This document shows positions 10,522 through 19,881 of a stretch of DNA of 64,000 nucleotides, in pieces. The stretch is from an uncultured Chloroflexia bacterium. Its GTDB lineage: Bacteria; Chloroflexota; Limnocylindria; Limnocylindrales; CSP1-4. Under the pieces are notes generated by a model. The model ran no database searches. It was not told where the DNA came from and saw only the letters and a program-made list of their open reading frames with translations. The stretch lies in the NCBI GenBank assembly GCA_963768655.1, contig CAVYIM010000004.1, positions 64,001 through 128,000 of the forward strand. The letters are read 5' to 3'. Made by a program: the position numbers and the translations under genes. Positions within the stretch are counted from its first letter, which is position 1. Each line of letters begins with the position of its first letter.

Positions 10522-10805
10522 GCCCCATCCAGACCGCCCGTCTAGGCCGAAGGTTCATTGTGGCGGCCCGAGACTTGATTCGTAGGCCGCCTTCAGGCTC
10601 GGAGGCAGACGGTGGCACTGCCAGACCGAAGTTCTCTCGCCGGCTGCGCCGGGCCGTGTAGGGCCGATCGGCTGTGCCGCCCGGCAGAACGACCGCCGCC
10701 GGACCTGGCACGCAACCCCGACCCGGAGCATATTGCTCCCCGAATGGGTGGTCCGGATGGCGCCAGCCGGCCTCCGGCATCACCCCCAACAGCCTGGAGG
10801 CGCGA

Positions 10806-12254
10806 ATGTATCCTCGCCGCCGCTGGGCCGTCGTCTTCGGGGCGATCCTGCTCGTCGGGGTCGTGGAGGCGCTCAGCGACTCGCTGCTCGACGCGGTCTT
10901 GCCCTTCCCGTTCGACACCCTCGTCGTCCTGACGGTCGTGGCGGCCGTGGCGATCGTCGCCGCCTGGTACGCGTTCCGGATCATCGACCGCCTGACGAGC
11001 GACCTAATCCACAGACATCAGGCGCTCAAGTTACGCAATGCCGCCTTGCGGGCCGTATACAACGTCAGTCTCGCGGTTGCCGGGCAGGCCGACCCGGACG
11101 AGACTCTGGCCGCCATCGTCGACCACGCCAGGCACCTGCTCCGGGTCGACGCCGCCCTGCTGGCCCTGGAGGGCCCGGAGGACGAGGTTCGCTTGCGCGC
11201 CTCCAGCGCCTCGCCGGGCGTGCTGATCGACGGGGCCGGCAGGCAGACCGTCGGGGCGCGGCGCGCAGCGAGGGTCGCTCCCAACGGCGGCTCGGGCAGC
11301 GACCTGTCTCGATACCTAGCGCCCGGGTACTCCATCAGGCTTGAGATGCCGGTGGGTCACGGCGAGGCGCGTGTCGGCTCCATAGGGCTGGCCACGGCAC
11401 TGCCGCGCCGTTTCTCCAGCGCGGATCTGGAGACGCTCTCGGCGCTGGCCACCCAGGTGGGACTGGCGCTCGAGGCGGCCCGCCTCCGCGACGAGCTGCG
11501 CGCGCTGGCCGTCCAGGGCGAGCGCGAGAGGATCGCCCGTGAGATGCACGACGGCATGGCCCAGGTGCTCGGGTACGTCAACACGAAGTCGCAGGCTGTG
11601 GAGGAGCTTCTCGCCGCCGGGCGAGTCGCCGAGGCCGGCAAACAGATGGCCGAGCTGGCGGCCGTGGCGAGATCCCTCTACGTCGACGTGCGTGAGGCGA
11701 TCCTGAGCCTGTCGCCGCCCGTCCTGCCCGAGCGTGGCCTTGCCGCTGCGCTCGAGGAGTACGCGGCGCGATTCGCGGAGTCCTCCAAGATGGCCGTGCG
11801 CTTCAAGGCGACTTCCGATGCCGGCAACCTAGCCCTGGCTCCCGAGGTAGGGGCGGAGATGTTCGGAGTCGCCCGCGAGGCGCTCACCAACATCCGAAAG
11901 CACGCCTACGCACGGCGGGTCACGATCGGCCTGACGGTCGAAGCCGCGGACGTGCTGCTGCGGATCGCCGACGACGGGATCGGCTTCGACGCGGAACGGG
12001 CCGGTTCGGAGCCTGAGAAGTGGCCCCACTTCGGGCTTGCCGGGATGCGAGAGCGAGCCGAGGCGGTCGGTGGTCGAATCGAATGGCGAAGCCGCCCGGG
12101 AGCGGGCTCGACGGTCGAGCTACGCGTCCCGGTTGCTCGAGGTCGCAACGGGGGCGGCTTCCCGCCATCCGGACCGGCTGATGCGGCAATCCGTCTCTCA
12201 GCGGGGCACCAGGCGGTCCAATCGCCCATACCTACCCATTCCGAGGCAGACTGA
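10806..12254 (+). CDS. GAF-domain sensor histidine kinase (HisKA_3, NarX-like)
   Basis: ATG at 10806 after GGAGG; two N-terminal TMs; ERERIAREMHDGMAQ H-box; EALTNIRKHA, DDGIGF, GLAGMRERAE. Confidence 0.92.
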   Translation: MYPRRRWAVVFGAILLVGVVEALSDSLLDAVLPFPFDTLVVLTVVAAVAIVAAWYAFRIIDRLTSDLIHRHQALKLRNAALRAVYNVSLAVAGQADPDETLAAIVDHARHLLRVDAALLALEGPEDEVRLRASSASPGVLIDGAGRQTVGARRAARVAPNGGSGSDLSRYLAPGYSIRLEMPVGHGEARVGSIGLATALPRRFSSADLETLSALATQVGLALEAARLRDELRALAVQGERERIAREMHDGMAQVLGYVNTKSQAVEELLAAGRVAEAGKQMAELAAVARSLYVDVREAILSLSPPVLPERGLAAALEEYAARFAESSKMAVRFKATSDAGNLALAPEVGAEMFGVAREALTNIRKHAYARRVTIGLTVEAADVLLRIADDGIGFDAERAGSEPEKWPHFGLAGMRERAEAVGGRIEWRSRPGAGSTVELRVPVARGRNGGGFPPSGPADAAIRLSAGHQAVQSPIPTHSEAD

Positions 12255-12258
12255 GTCC

Positions 12259-12954
12259 ATGCGAACACTGCTGGTGGACGATCACGCGCTATTCCGCGAT
12301 GGTGTGGCGTCGCTCCTGCTCGCCTGGGGCCACGAGGTGGTGGGGCAGGCCTCCGACGGCGAACAGGCGATCGAGCTCGTGGAATCGACCGCGCCTGACG
12401 TCGTCCTGATGGATGTCCGGATGCCCAAAGTCTCGGGCCTGGAGGCGACGGCGGAGATCAAGGCGCGCCATCCGGAAGTTGCCATCGTGATGCTCACGGT
12501 CAGTGAGGAAGAGGCCGATCTCTTCCGCGCCATCAAGGCCGGCGCCCAGGGCTACCTGCTCAAGAACCTCGAAGCGCCCCAGCTCCGCTCGATGCTGGAG
12601 GGCGTTGCCCGCGGCGAGCCGGCGATCACGCCGGGTACGGCCGCGCGCATCATCGACGAGTTCCTCCTCTCACCCGGCGGCGGCGCCGCTTCCCGATCCC
12701 AACGGCTCACCGAGCGTGAGCTTGGCGTGCTGCGCCTGGTTACCGAGGGCCTGCGTAACCGCGAGATCGCAGCCGAGCTCGGAATCAGCGAGAACACCGT
12801 GAAGTTCCATCTGAAGAACATCGTCGAGAAGCTGCACGCCCAGAACCGGGCCGAGCTCGCGGCCCGAGCCGTCCGCGAGGGCCTCGTGCCGGAGACGTAC
12901 CGGCACGACGGCGTTGGAGGCGCTCGCCGCGACGGGCCGTTCCGCCGCCGCTGA
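12259..12954 (+). CDS. NarL/LuxR family response regulator
   Basis: LVDDHALFR, LMDVRMP, GYLLK; LTERELGVL...NREIA...TVKFH HTH. Confidence 0.95.
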   Translation: MRTLLVDDHALFRDGVASLLLAWGHEVVGQASDGEQAIELVESTAPDVVLMDVRMPKVSGLEATAEIKARHPEVAIVMLTVSEEEADLFRAIKAGAQGYLLKNLEAPQLRSMLEGVARGEPAITPGTAARIIDEFLLSPGGGAASRSQRLTERELGVLRLVTEGLRNREIAAELGISENTVKFHLKNIVEKLHAQNRAELAARAVREGLVPETYRHDGVGGARRDGPFRRR

Positions 12955-13103
12955 GCCGCGCCATCTCGCGCTGAGCCGCGCCATCTCGCGCTGAGCCGCG
13001 CCACCTCGCCCTGCCGCGCCCCGCGCTGAGCCGCGCCTCGCCCTGCCGCGCCCCGCGCTGAGCCGCGCCTCGCCCTGCCGCGCCATCTCGCGCTGAGCCG
13101 CGC
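12950..13103. repeat. Tandem repeat array, six copies of core GCTGAGCCGCGCC
   Basis: Two exact 20-bp units gctgagccgcgccatctcgc, then 32-35-bp variant units; starts at the regulator's stop codon. Confidence 0.85.
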
Positions 13104-13223
13104 CGCCCACGTCGGGCGATGCGCCCACCCGCCCGGGTAGCACAACTCCGGCCCTCCGGCAGATGCGGACGCGCCTGGCGCCCGCGACCATTCGGTCGAG
13201 AAAGCATATGGCCGAGGCGTCCA

Positions 13224-15245
13224 ATGGGTTATCGGATCCAGATCGAAAACGGCAACTGCCTGAACTGCGGCGTCTGCATGGACGTCTGCCCGGTTCAGGC
13301 GCTGGACATGAGCCGCCCGCAGCGGCCCGGGGTCGAAGGCGCCGGCATCTTCGGGCGGCCCTTCGACTGGATGATGGAGTACCCGGTCCAGGTCGGAGAG
13401 TGCGTCGGCTGCGGCATCTGCGTGCGCGAATGCCCAACCCACGTCGTGATGCTCGACACTGTCGCCGGTCCGACGCCGCTCGCCGCTCGCCAGGGCCCGG
13501 TTTCGCGGCCCGTCGAGGCGGCGCCCGCATGGCAGCCGCTGGGTGACGTAACGCGCGAATCGCTCAAGCCGGCCCGCGTGTCGCCATGGGGCGATCTCTT
13601 CCAGTGGCGGACCAGCGAGCGACCGAACGACTGGCAGGTCTGGCGGTCGATGGTCACCGAGAGCCGCCGGGATCCCATTTCGCCGTGCCAGGAAGCCTGC
13701 CCGGCCGGGACGGACGCAGGTCGTTACGTCGGCCTGATCGCCCAGGGCCGCTACGACGAGGCCTATGCGGTCGCGGCCGAGGTGAACCCCTTCCCGTCGG
13801 TCTGCGGCTGGATCTGCACCGCTCCGTGCGAGGCTGTGTGCCGGCGCGGCACCCTGGACGAACCGATCGCGATCCGCCGTCTCAAGCGATTCGCGACCGA
13901 GCAGGGCAAGCTGCCGCCCGTGGCCCCGCCCGCGAACAAGCGCTCGAAGAAGGTCGCGATCGTGGGCGGCGGGCCGGCCGGAATGTCGGCCGCCTACTAC
14001 CTCGCCCGTCTCGGCTATGGAGTGACGGTCTTCGAAGCGATGCCGGTGCCGGGCGGCATGATGGCCATCGGCATCCCGGAGTACCGCCTGCCGCGCACCG
14101 TGCTGCGGGCGGAGATCGACCGCATCGTCGGCCTCGGCGTGGAGCTCAAGCTCGACAGCGCCATGGGCCGCGACTTCACGCTGGCCGATCTGGAGACGAA
14201 GTACGACGCCATCTTCCTGGCGACGGGCGCATCGCGCAGCCGCAAGCTCGGCGTGCCCGGTGACGGGCTGCCGGGCGTCGTGCCCGCCACGTTCTTCCTC
14301 AAGCAGGTCAACCTCGGTGAGAAGCCGGTCCTGCGCGGCTCGGTCGTGGTCGTCGGCGGCGGTAGCACGGCCATGGACGCGGCTCGCTCGGCGCTCCGTT
14401 CGGGCGCTTCCTCAGTAACGGTCCTCTACCGGCGCGGTCGGGCCGAGATGCCGGCTCAGGCTGAAGAGGTCGAAGCGGCCGAGCATGAGGGCGTGGTCAT
14501 CCAGTTCGAGGCGGCCGTGTCGGAGGTCGTCGGTTCGGCCAAGGGCGTGACGGCCGTCAAGTTCGTCAGCCAGCGCCCCACCGGGAAGTTCGACGGCGGC
14601 CGTGCCGTCTACGAGCCGATCCCCGGCAGCGATCGAGAGAAGTCCGCCACCACGGTGCTGGTGGCGGTGGGCGAGGAGCCCGACCCGTCGATCCTGCCCC
14701 AGGGCGCGGGCATCGAGACCAGCGGCTTCTCCGGCATCGTGGCCGACGCGGGTCAGGCGACGGGTCGCAGGGGCGTCTTCGCCGGCGGCGACGTCGTGTC
14801 GGGCGCCAAGACGATCATCCATGCCGTCGGCGCGGGCCGGCGCGCCGCCGGCTCGATCCACGAGTACCTGTCCGGCAGCCACGACGGCGAAGCCGAGATC
14901 ATGGCCACAGTCCGAGTGCCCAAGGGTCCGGAGCCGGTCCTGACGGTGGACCTGGACGTGCGGCCACGAGTCGGGATGGAGCTGCCCGCGTACGAGCCGG
15001 GATCCTTCACGCCGACTCAACCCAGCCTGGGGGTGGCGGCCGCCGGGAAGGAAGCGACCCGCTGCTTCCGCTGCGACGCCATCTATCGCTGCGAGACGGT
15101 CCACGTCCAGTCCGGCCGGGGCCCGCGGGACGGCCCGCGCGACGGCCCGGGCGATAGTTCGGGGCCAGGCAAGACTCCCCTCATTCAGCCCCCGCTCGCG
15201 GGCCCAGCGAGCAATCCTCCACAGACTCTCGGAGGTCGCGACTGA
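13224..15245 (+). CDS. 2x[4Fe-4S] ferredoxin fused to GltD/NfnB-like FAD/NAD(P)H oxidoreductase
   Basis: CLNCGVCMDVCP and CVGCGICVRECP; PCQEACP...CGWICTAPCEAVC; VGGGPAG; GIPEYRLP; GGGSTAMD; YRRGRAEMPA; EATRCFRC. Confidence 0.88.
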   Translation: MGYRIQIENGNCLNCGVCMDVCPVQALDMSRPQRPGVEGAGIFGRPFDWMMEYPVQVGECVGCGICVRECPTHVVMLDTVAGPTPLAARQGPVSRPVEAAPAWQPLGDVTRESLKPARVSPWGDLFQWRTSERPNDWQVWRSMVTESRRDPISPCQEACPAGTDAGRYVGLIAQGRYDEAYAVAAEVNPFPSVCGWICTAPCEAVCRRGTLDEPIAIRRLKRFATEQGKLPPVAPPANKRSKKVAIVGGGPAGMSAAYYLARLGYGVTVFEAMPVPGGMMAIGIPEYRLPRTVLRAEIDRIVGLGVELKLDSAMGRDFTLADLETKYDAIFLATGASRSRKLGVPGDGLPGVVPATFFLKQVNLGEKPVLRGSVVVVGGGSTAMDAARSALRSGASSVTVLYRRGRAEMPAQAEEVEAAEHEGVVIQFEAAVSEVVGSAKGVTAVKFVSQRPTGKFDGGRAVYEPIPGSDREKSATTVLVAVGEEPDPSILPQGAGIETSGFSGIVADAGQATGRRGVFAGGDVVSGAKTIIHAVGAGRRAAGSIHEYLSGSHDGEAEIMATVRVPKGPEPVLTVDLDVRPRVGMELPAYEPGSFTPTQPSLGVAAAGKEATRCFRCDAIYRCETVHVQSGRGPRDGPRDGPGDSSGPGKTPLIQPPLAGPASNPPQTLGGRD

Positions 15246-15886
15246 TGGACTCACCGGCGTTCGGTGCAGCCGAGCAATTCGTCGAAGGGACGATAGCCGC
15301 TGCGCTCGTGGCCCTGTGGCTGCTGGCTGTCGCCCTGCATCTGGCCAGGCCGTACATGCTCGCCCTGACGCGAAAGTTCACGCTCCGGCTCGGAGCCGAT
15401 CTGTGGTGGACCATCTACGTCGGGATGCGGGACATCTTCCTGCTGCAGGTCTTCCTGGGCAGCTTCATCTTCTTGTACCCCGACGTCGTCAAAGCCAACG
15501 ACCTGCCGATCACGGGCGGGCTGGCCGGCGCCTGTGCCTTCGCCGCCCTCCTGCTCAAGCTGATGACCAGGGCGGATGCCGACTCGCGAAGCTTCTACGC
15601 GCAGACCGTGTTGATCGCGCTTGGAGCCTCCCTCTACCTGGGTGCCTACTTGCTCGGCAGCCAGATGACGACCGTCGGCAGCAGCATCTCGAACCAGCTG
15701 GCCTCGATCCTGGTGAGCTCGCAGAACCAGACGATCGCGCTGGCGCTGTGCTATCTGTCGGCGCTCCTAATCGGGATCATGGGAATCGTGGCCGTCGTCT
15801 ACAACCTCCGCCTTGCCTCACCAGCCCCGCGCAAGGCCGATGCCGTCGCTGCCAGCCAGCCCGCGGCCAAGAACCAGGAGAGATAA
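15245..15886 (+). CDS. Unknown polytopic membrane protein (paralog A)
   Basis: TGATG coupling to the oxidoreductase; about five TM helices; LHLARPY...TLRLGADLWW...RD. Confidence 0.8.
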   Translation: MDSPAFGAAEQFVEGTIAAALVALWLLAVALHLARPYMLALTRKFTLRLGADLWWTIYVGMRDIFLLQVFLGSFIFLYPDVVKANDLPITGGLAGACAFAALLLKLMTRADADSRSFYAQTVLIALGASLYLGAYLLGSQMTTVGSSISNQLASILVSSQNQTIALALCYLSALLIGIMGIVAVVYNLRLASPAPRKADAVAASQPAAKNQER

Positions 15887-15888
15887 CG

Positions 15889-16523
15889 ATGTCGCCCGAC
15901 CAGCAGACTCAGGCACTCGTTCAGGGCACGCAGTACTGGCTGATCCTCTCTGTCGCGGCCATTCTGCCCATCCTGTGGGCCTTCACTCTTGCGCTCCACT
16001 TCGCCAGGCCGTACGTCATCCGCTACCTGCAGACGCTGACTCTGCGGTTCGGCGGCGACGTGTGGTGGCTCAGCTACGTCCTGATGCGAGATGGACTGCT
16101 CGTCGTGACGTTCGCTCTGAGCGCCATCTTCCTCTTCCCGAACGTCTACATGAGCTCCGACCTTCAGGTGCCGATCACGGCGCCGCTCGCCGCGCTGGTG
16201 CTCTTCTGGGCCCTGCTCGCCAAGCTCACCGGCGACTCCGACGACGACGCCCGGACCTTCCGCATCGTCTCGGTGCTGCTGGTCGTCGCCTCGATGCTCT
16301 ACATCATCCCGCAGATCTACGGTGTCGAGGCCGGCGACCAGGTGGACTCGCTGAACGCCATCGCCAACCTGGGGGGATCCCGGGCGCGCTCGTCAGCGGC
16401 GTCAACCCCAGCGTCTCCTACCCGATTCTCAATCTCAGCCTGCTTGGATTTGCCGCTACCGGCGCGGTCATCTTCGGCTGGTTCCTGCGCAAGACGAAGT
16501 TCGAGCCCGCGGATCTCGGGTAG
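15889..16523 (+). CDS. Unknown polytopic membrane protein (paralog B), frameshift in G6 tract at 16371-16376
   Basis: ATG 15889 after AGGAG; LHFARPY...TLRFGGDVWW...RD; C-terminal TM continues in another frame (IPGALVSG...GWFLRKTKFEPADLG*). Confidence 0.75.
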
Positions 16524-16554
16524 GCGGCGGGCATTAGCTAGCCGGCCGCTCGAG

Positions 16555-16590
16555 AAGGACCGCCGCTCTTCGGAGCGGCCGTCCTTACTT
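16555..16590 (+). terminator. Hairpin with cUUCGg tetraloop; probable operon terminator
   Basis: aaggac-cgccgctc-ttcg-gagcggc-cgtcctt followed by actt. Confidence 0.65.
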
Positions 16591-16685
16591 GCGCTCGGAG
16601 CCGCGCTCGGTGGCCCTCCTCGCCCCCGGCTTCCTATTCCGCGGCCGCTGCCGACACCCCTGGCACGTACCAGAGGCAATCGGCC

Positions 16686-16988
16686 ATGAACGTCGAAGCG
16701 ATCGACCCAACGTCCACCGCGACTCCCGCGGCGACGGCCGCGAGCCCGCCGGCGAGGAAGGCGCCACCTGCCCGGCCCGCCGCCCCGCCCGCGGCCCGGC
16801 AGGTCACCGTCGCGGCGCTGACGACTCCGGCGGCGACGGCCACCGTCACTTCAGTGCCTGCGAGCGTGGCGCCCGAAGATCGGGCGCTGTACCTGCAGAT
16901 CCTGAAGTCTCTGGACGGCAACGTGAACGCGGCTCTTGCCACGCTGCAGGCGTTGCAGGCCAAGGATGGTTCCGCGGGTCAGAGCTAG
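16686..16988 (+). CDS. Small hypothetical protein (Ala/Pro/Thr-rich N-terminus, helical C-terminus)
   Basis: ATG after GAGG; 100 aa; GC3-biased codons. Confidence 0.55.
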   Translation: MNVEAIDPTSTATPAATAASPPARKAPPARPAAPPAARQVTVAALTTPAATATVTSVPASVAPEDRALYLQILKSLDGNVNAALATLQALQAKDGSAGQS

Positions 16989-17415
16989 TGTCCCAATTCG
17001 CCGATCACTGAGGGCTTGCGCACCGCCTTGGCCAGGATCTGATCGGCGGTCTTGACCCAGGCGAAGGGCGTAGAGCCCTCGTTCCAGCTGGCCGTGAAGG
17101 CCACGATCATCGCGATGAGTTCCTTGACCGAACGGAAGCTGCCCCGGCGAATAGCCTGACGGGAGAGGATGCCGAACCAGGTCTCGATCTGGTTCATCCA
17201 GGACGCGCTGGTGGGGGTGAAGTGAAAGCTAACTCGCGGATTAGCTTCGAGCCACTCGCGGATGGCCGGCGTCTTGTGGGAGCTGACGTTGTCGAGCACG
17301 ACCGCAAGTTCTCCCTGCGGATAGGCCCGCTCGATCTCGCGCAGGAAGGCCAGGAAGTCGGCAGCCGTGTGGCGAGCCCGCGTCTGAGTGGTCACCTTGC
17401 CAGTGGCGACTTCCC
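16985..17415 (-). mobile_element. IS630-family transposase remnant (3' part only)
   Basis: EVATGKV...VVLDNVSSHK...HFTPTSASWMNQIETWF...RRGSFRSV...PFAW; ends at CTAG; no N-terminal HTH. Confidence 0.88.
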
Positions 17416-17821
17416 GCTGCCGAAACGCTGGGGGTGCTTACCCTCCGCGTCGGGCGGTGCGATCCGCCGCCCTCGCCATGCGGCGGAGCGCAACGGTCGA
17501 CTCGGGCCTTGCCTTCTGGCCCAACTTGCCTGGAGTGAGAGTTAGCCGTCCGGCCGCGACCCTTCAGCGGGCCGTGCGGCGGCGTGGAACCGTCAGAGTG
17601 CAGGAGCCACGCTCGGGCGCGGGCTGGCGAGGTGGTCATTGACCGGTCCGGGCCTGCTCGGAGCGGTCGCGCCGCGACCAGTCACGCTACTGGCTGCTGT
17701 AACTCCCATCCGGGGCAAGTTCGGACCAGATGCCGGGCGTCACGGCCCGGGCCGCCCCCCTCGAGGGGCCTTGACTGACGCCGCGTGCCGCCGCCAGGCG
17801 CCGCGAGACTCTCGCCCGGCG

Positions 17822-18694
17822 CTACCCCCGCAGCCCCGCCGGTATCCGTGCCGCGGCGGCCTCGTCGACGATCCAGGCAGCGCCAGGACGACGGGTTCGC
17901 TGGACCGGCCAGCGGCGATCGTCGCGCACCTCGCCGAAGACGTGGCCCAGGGCCTCGTCCTTGTTCTCGCCCCACGTCACGACCAGCACTGGCGCGGCCT
18001 CGAGAAGGCGCGGATTGAGCGTCACGCGAGGCAGGTGAGGGCCGATGTGCTCGGGAGCCGGCACGCCCATCGCCCAGTCCATCCGGTCCAGCGCGGGGCT
18101 GTCGGGGAAGACCGAGAGAACGTGGCCGTCGTCGCCGACGCCGACCAGGATGAGATCGAAGACGGGCCAGTTGCCGTCCGCGAGGGGGAGGTGGCGCCCC
18201 ATCTCCTCGGCGTAGCGGGCGGCGCACCAGGCGGTGTCGTGGTAGTCCGCGATGGCCCGATCCGTCGGGAAGACGTGGATGTTGGCCGTCGGGAGAGGCG
18301 CGCTGCCGTGCTCGCCCGCCCCGCCCCCCAGAAGCACGTCGTCCAGACTCGTCACGTTGGATTCGGGGTGACCTCGCGGCACGTAGCGGTCGTCGCCCCA
18401 CCAGAAATGGACTTGCTGCCAGGGAATGCGATCGCACAGCGGCAGCTGCGACAACAGCCGGTAGATCGGTATTGGCGTGCTGCCGCCGGTGGTGCAGAAG
18501 TCGGCCCGGCCGCGCCGCTCGACGGCGGCCACGAGCGCCGCGGCGATCCGATCGGCAGCCTCGCGCGCGGCCGCGCCGGCATCGGCCACGACCAGCAGGT
18601 CGGGCTCGCCCTGGTTGGGGGCCGGGAGGCCCGAGGCGCTGGTGCCGGCCAGGCGTTCGGGCGCTCGAAACAGGTCCGGGTCTTGCTCAGTCAT
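17822..18694 (-). CDS. pgl: 6-phosphogluconolactonase
   Basis: TGGSTP, WWGDDRYVP..HPESN, GVGDDGHVLSVFP, RVTL. Confidence 0.9.
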   Translation of the reverse strand: MTEQDPDLFRAPERLAGTSASGLPAPNQGEPDLLVVADAGAAAREAADRIAAALVAAVERRGRADFCTTGGSTPIPIYRLLSQLPLCDRIPWQQVHFWWGDDRYVPRGHPESNVTSLDDVLLGGGAGEHGSAPLPTANIHVFPTDRAIADYHDTAWCAARYAEEMGRHLPLADGNWPVFDLILVGVGDDGHVLSVFPDSPALDRMDWAMGVPAPEHIGPHLPRVTLNPRLLEAAPVLVVTWGENKDEALGHVFGEVRDDRRWPVQRTRRPGAAWIVDEAAAARIPAGLRG

Positions 18695-19881
18695 GGTCCT
18701 GACTCCTGCGCCTTTCCACACCTTTACGCGGCATCGGCTGTGCTGCGATCAGGCGGCCCGCCATCGACAGTGCGTCGGCCGCGACCGAATCGCCGGCGCT
18801 ATCTTCCAACGCCCGTCCGAGCAGGTCTACGTCCCCAAGTCGGGGAGCCAGATACGTTCGTCGGACGCGCTCCCGGCCCTTGTCGTGGATGCTGACCTCC
18901 ACGGTGCGATCTCCGGCCGCAACGTCGCCCACCAGTTCGGCGCCGCGCAGCCGCGAGACGATCTCGACCCGCACGGTCGACCCTTGGCCCAGGTCCGAGC
19001 AGACCGGCCGCCACTCGGCGGCCACCGTGTGATCGCCCTGGCGCAGGGTGGCAACCCTGCGGCCGTCGGGGAGCCTCCGCACCGGCTCGACGACGCTCAT
19101 GCCCAGGCGAGACGCCAGCCAGGCCACGTGATAGACGGGCCGCACGACGTTGGTCAGCGCCGCCGGGTCGCCCTCCTCGGGTGCAGCGAACTCGACCGTG
19201 ATCGACCGAACGGCTCGCAGGTGCGGCCGAAGGTCGGGCAGGTCGTAGACGGAGGCCAGGGCCTCGCGCCAGCGGGCCTGGCGAAGCATTGCGAAGTCGG
19301 CGACGACCAGGCGCCGGGCCTGTGTCACGAGCGCCATCGCGCCAAGACGGTCCAGGCCATCGCCGGACCACGAGGAGCCGTCGACGATGAGTCGATCGGC
19401 GATGGGCAGCAGCCGATCGGCCCGATGTGAGCTGAACTGCGGGTCGCGCGGCCACCACAGCGCCACGGGCAGATCGTGGACGAGCAGGGGAATGATGATC
19501 GAGGCCAGGTGATGGCCCGTCTGGCCGTGCAGGGTCACGTAGATCGTCTCCGCCCAGGCCTGGTCGCACCCCGGTCGCGCTCGCCTCGGCGATCGTCCCG
19601 ATCGTGGCGTCGAGACCGGGCCGGCCCTCCTCGTCGAGCGCGGACAGGATCAGCGACCGCGAGGGATGCCGTCCGGCCGTGGCCTCGACGAGGGCGGCGC
19701 AGCGCTCTGCCGTCTCTCGCCGCCCCGCGACGACGACCAGGTTGAGCACGCTGGAACGAGCGGCGACGTGGTGCTCGCCCTCGCCGCGGTGCGTGGCCTT
19801 GCCCGCCCACGCCTGAGCCAGCGCGCGCTCGATCTCGGGCACGGAGTGCAGGACCTCGGGCGCCTTCAGATTCGGCGCCAT
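18687..19881 (-). CDS. opcA: Glucose-6-phosphate dehydrogenase assembly protein OpcA; frameshift near 19570
   Basis: ARSSVLNLVV...HPSR in one frame, ETIYVTL...PLLVHDLPVALWW...LIVD...WREALA in the next; directly downstream of zwf. Confidence 0.82.

Noticed and set aside
12950-13103. Possible CRISPR array
   Set aside because: Sequences between the cores are themselves repetitive and too short; no unique spacers and no cas genes
13224-15245. Glutamate synthase small subunit gltD or dsrL
   Set aside because: No gltB or dsr genes adjacent and the domain order differs; family-level call only
17416-17821. ncRNA or gene in the gap after the IS remnant
   Set aside because: No recognisable RNA motif; ORFs lack RBS and coding bias
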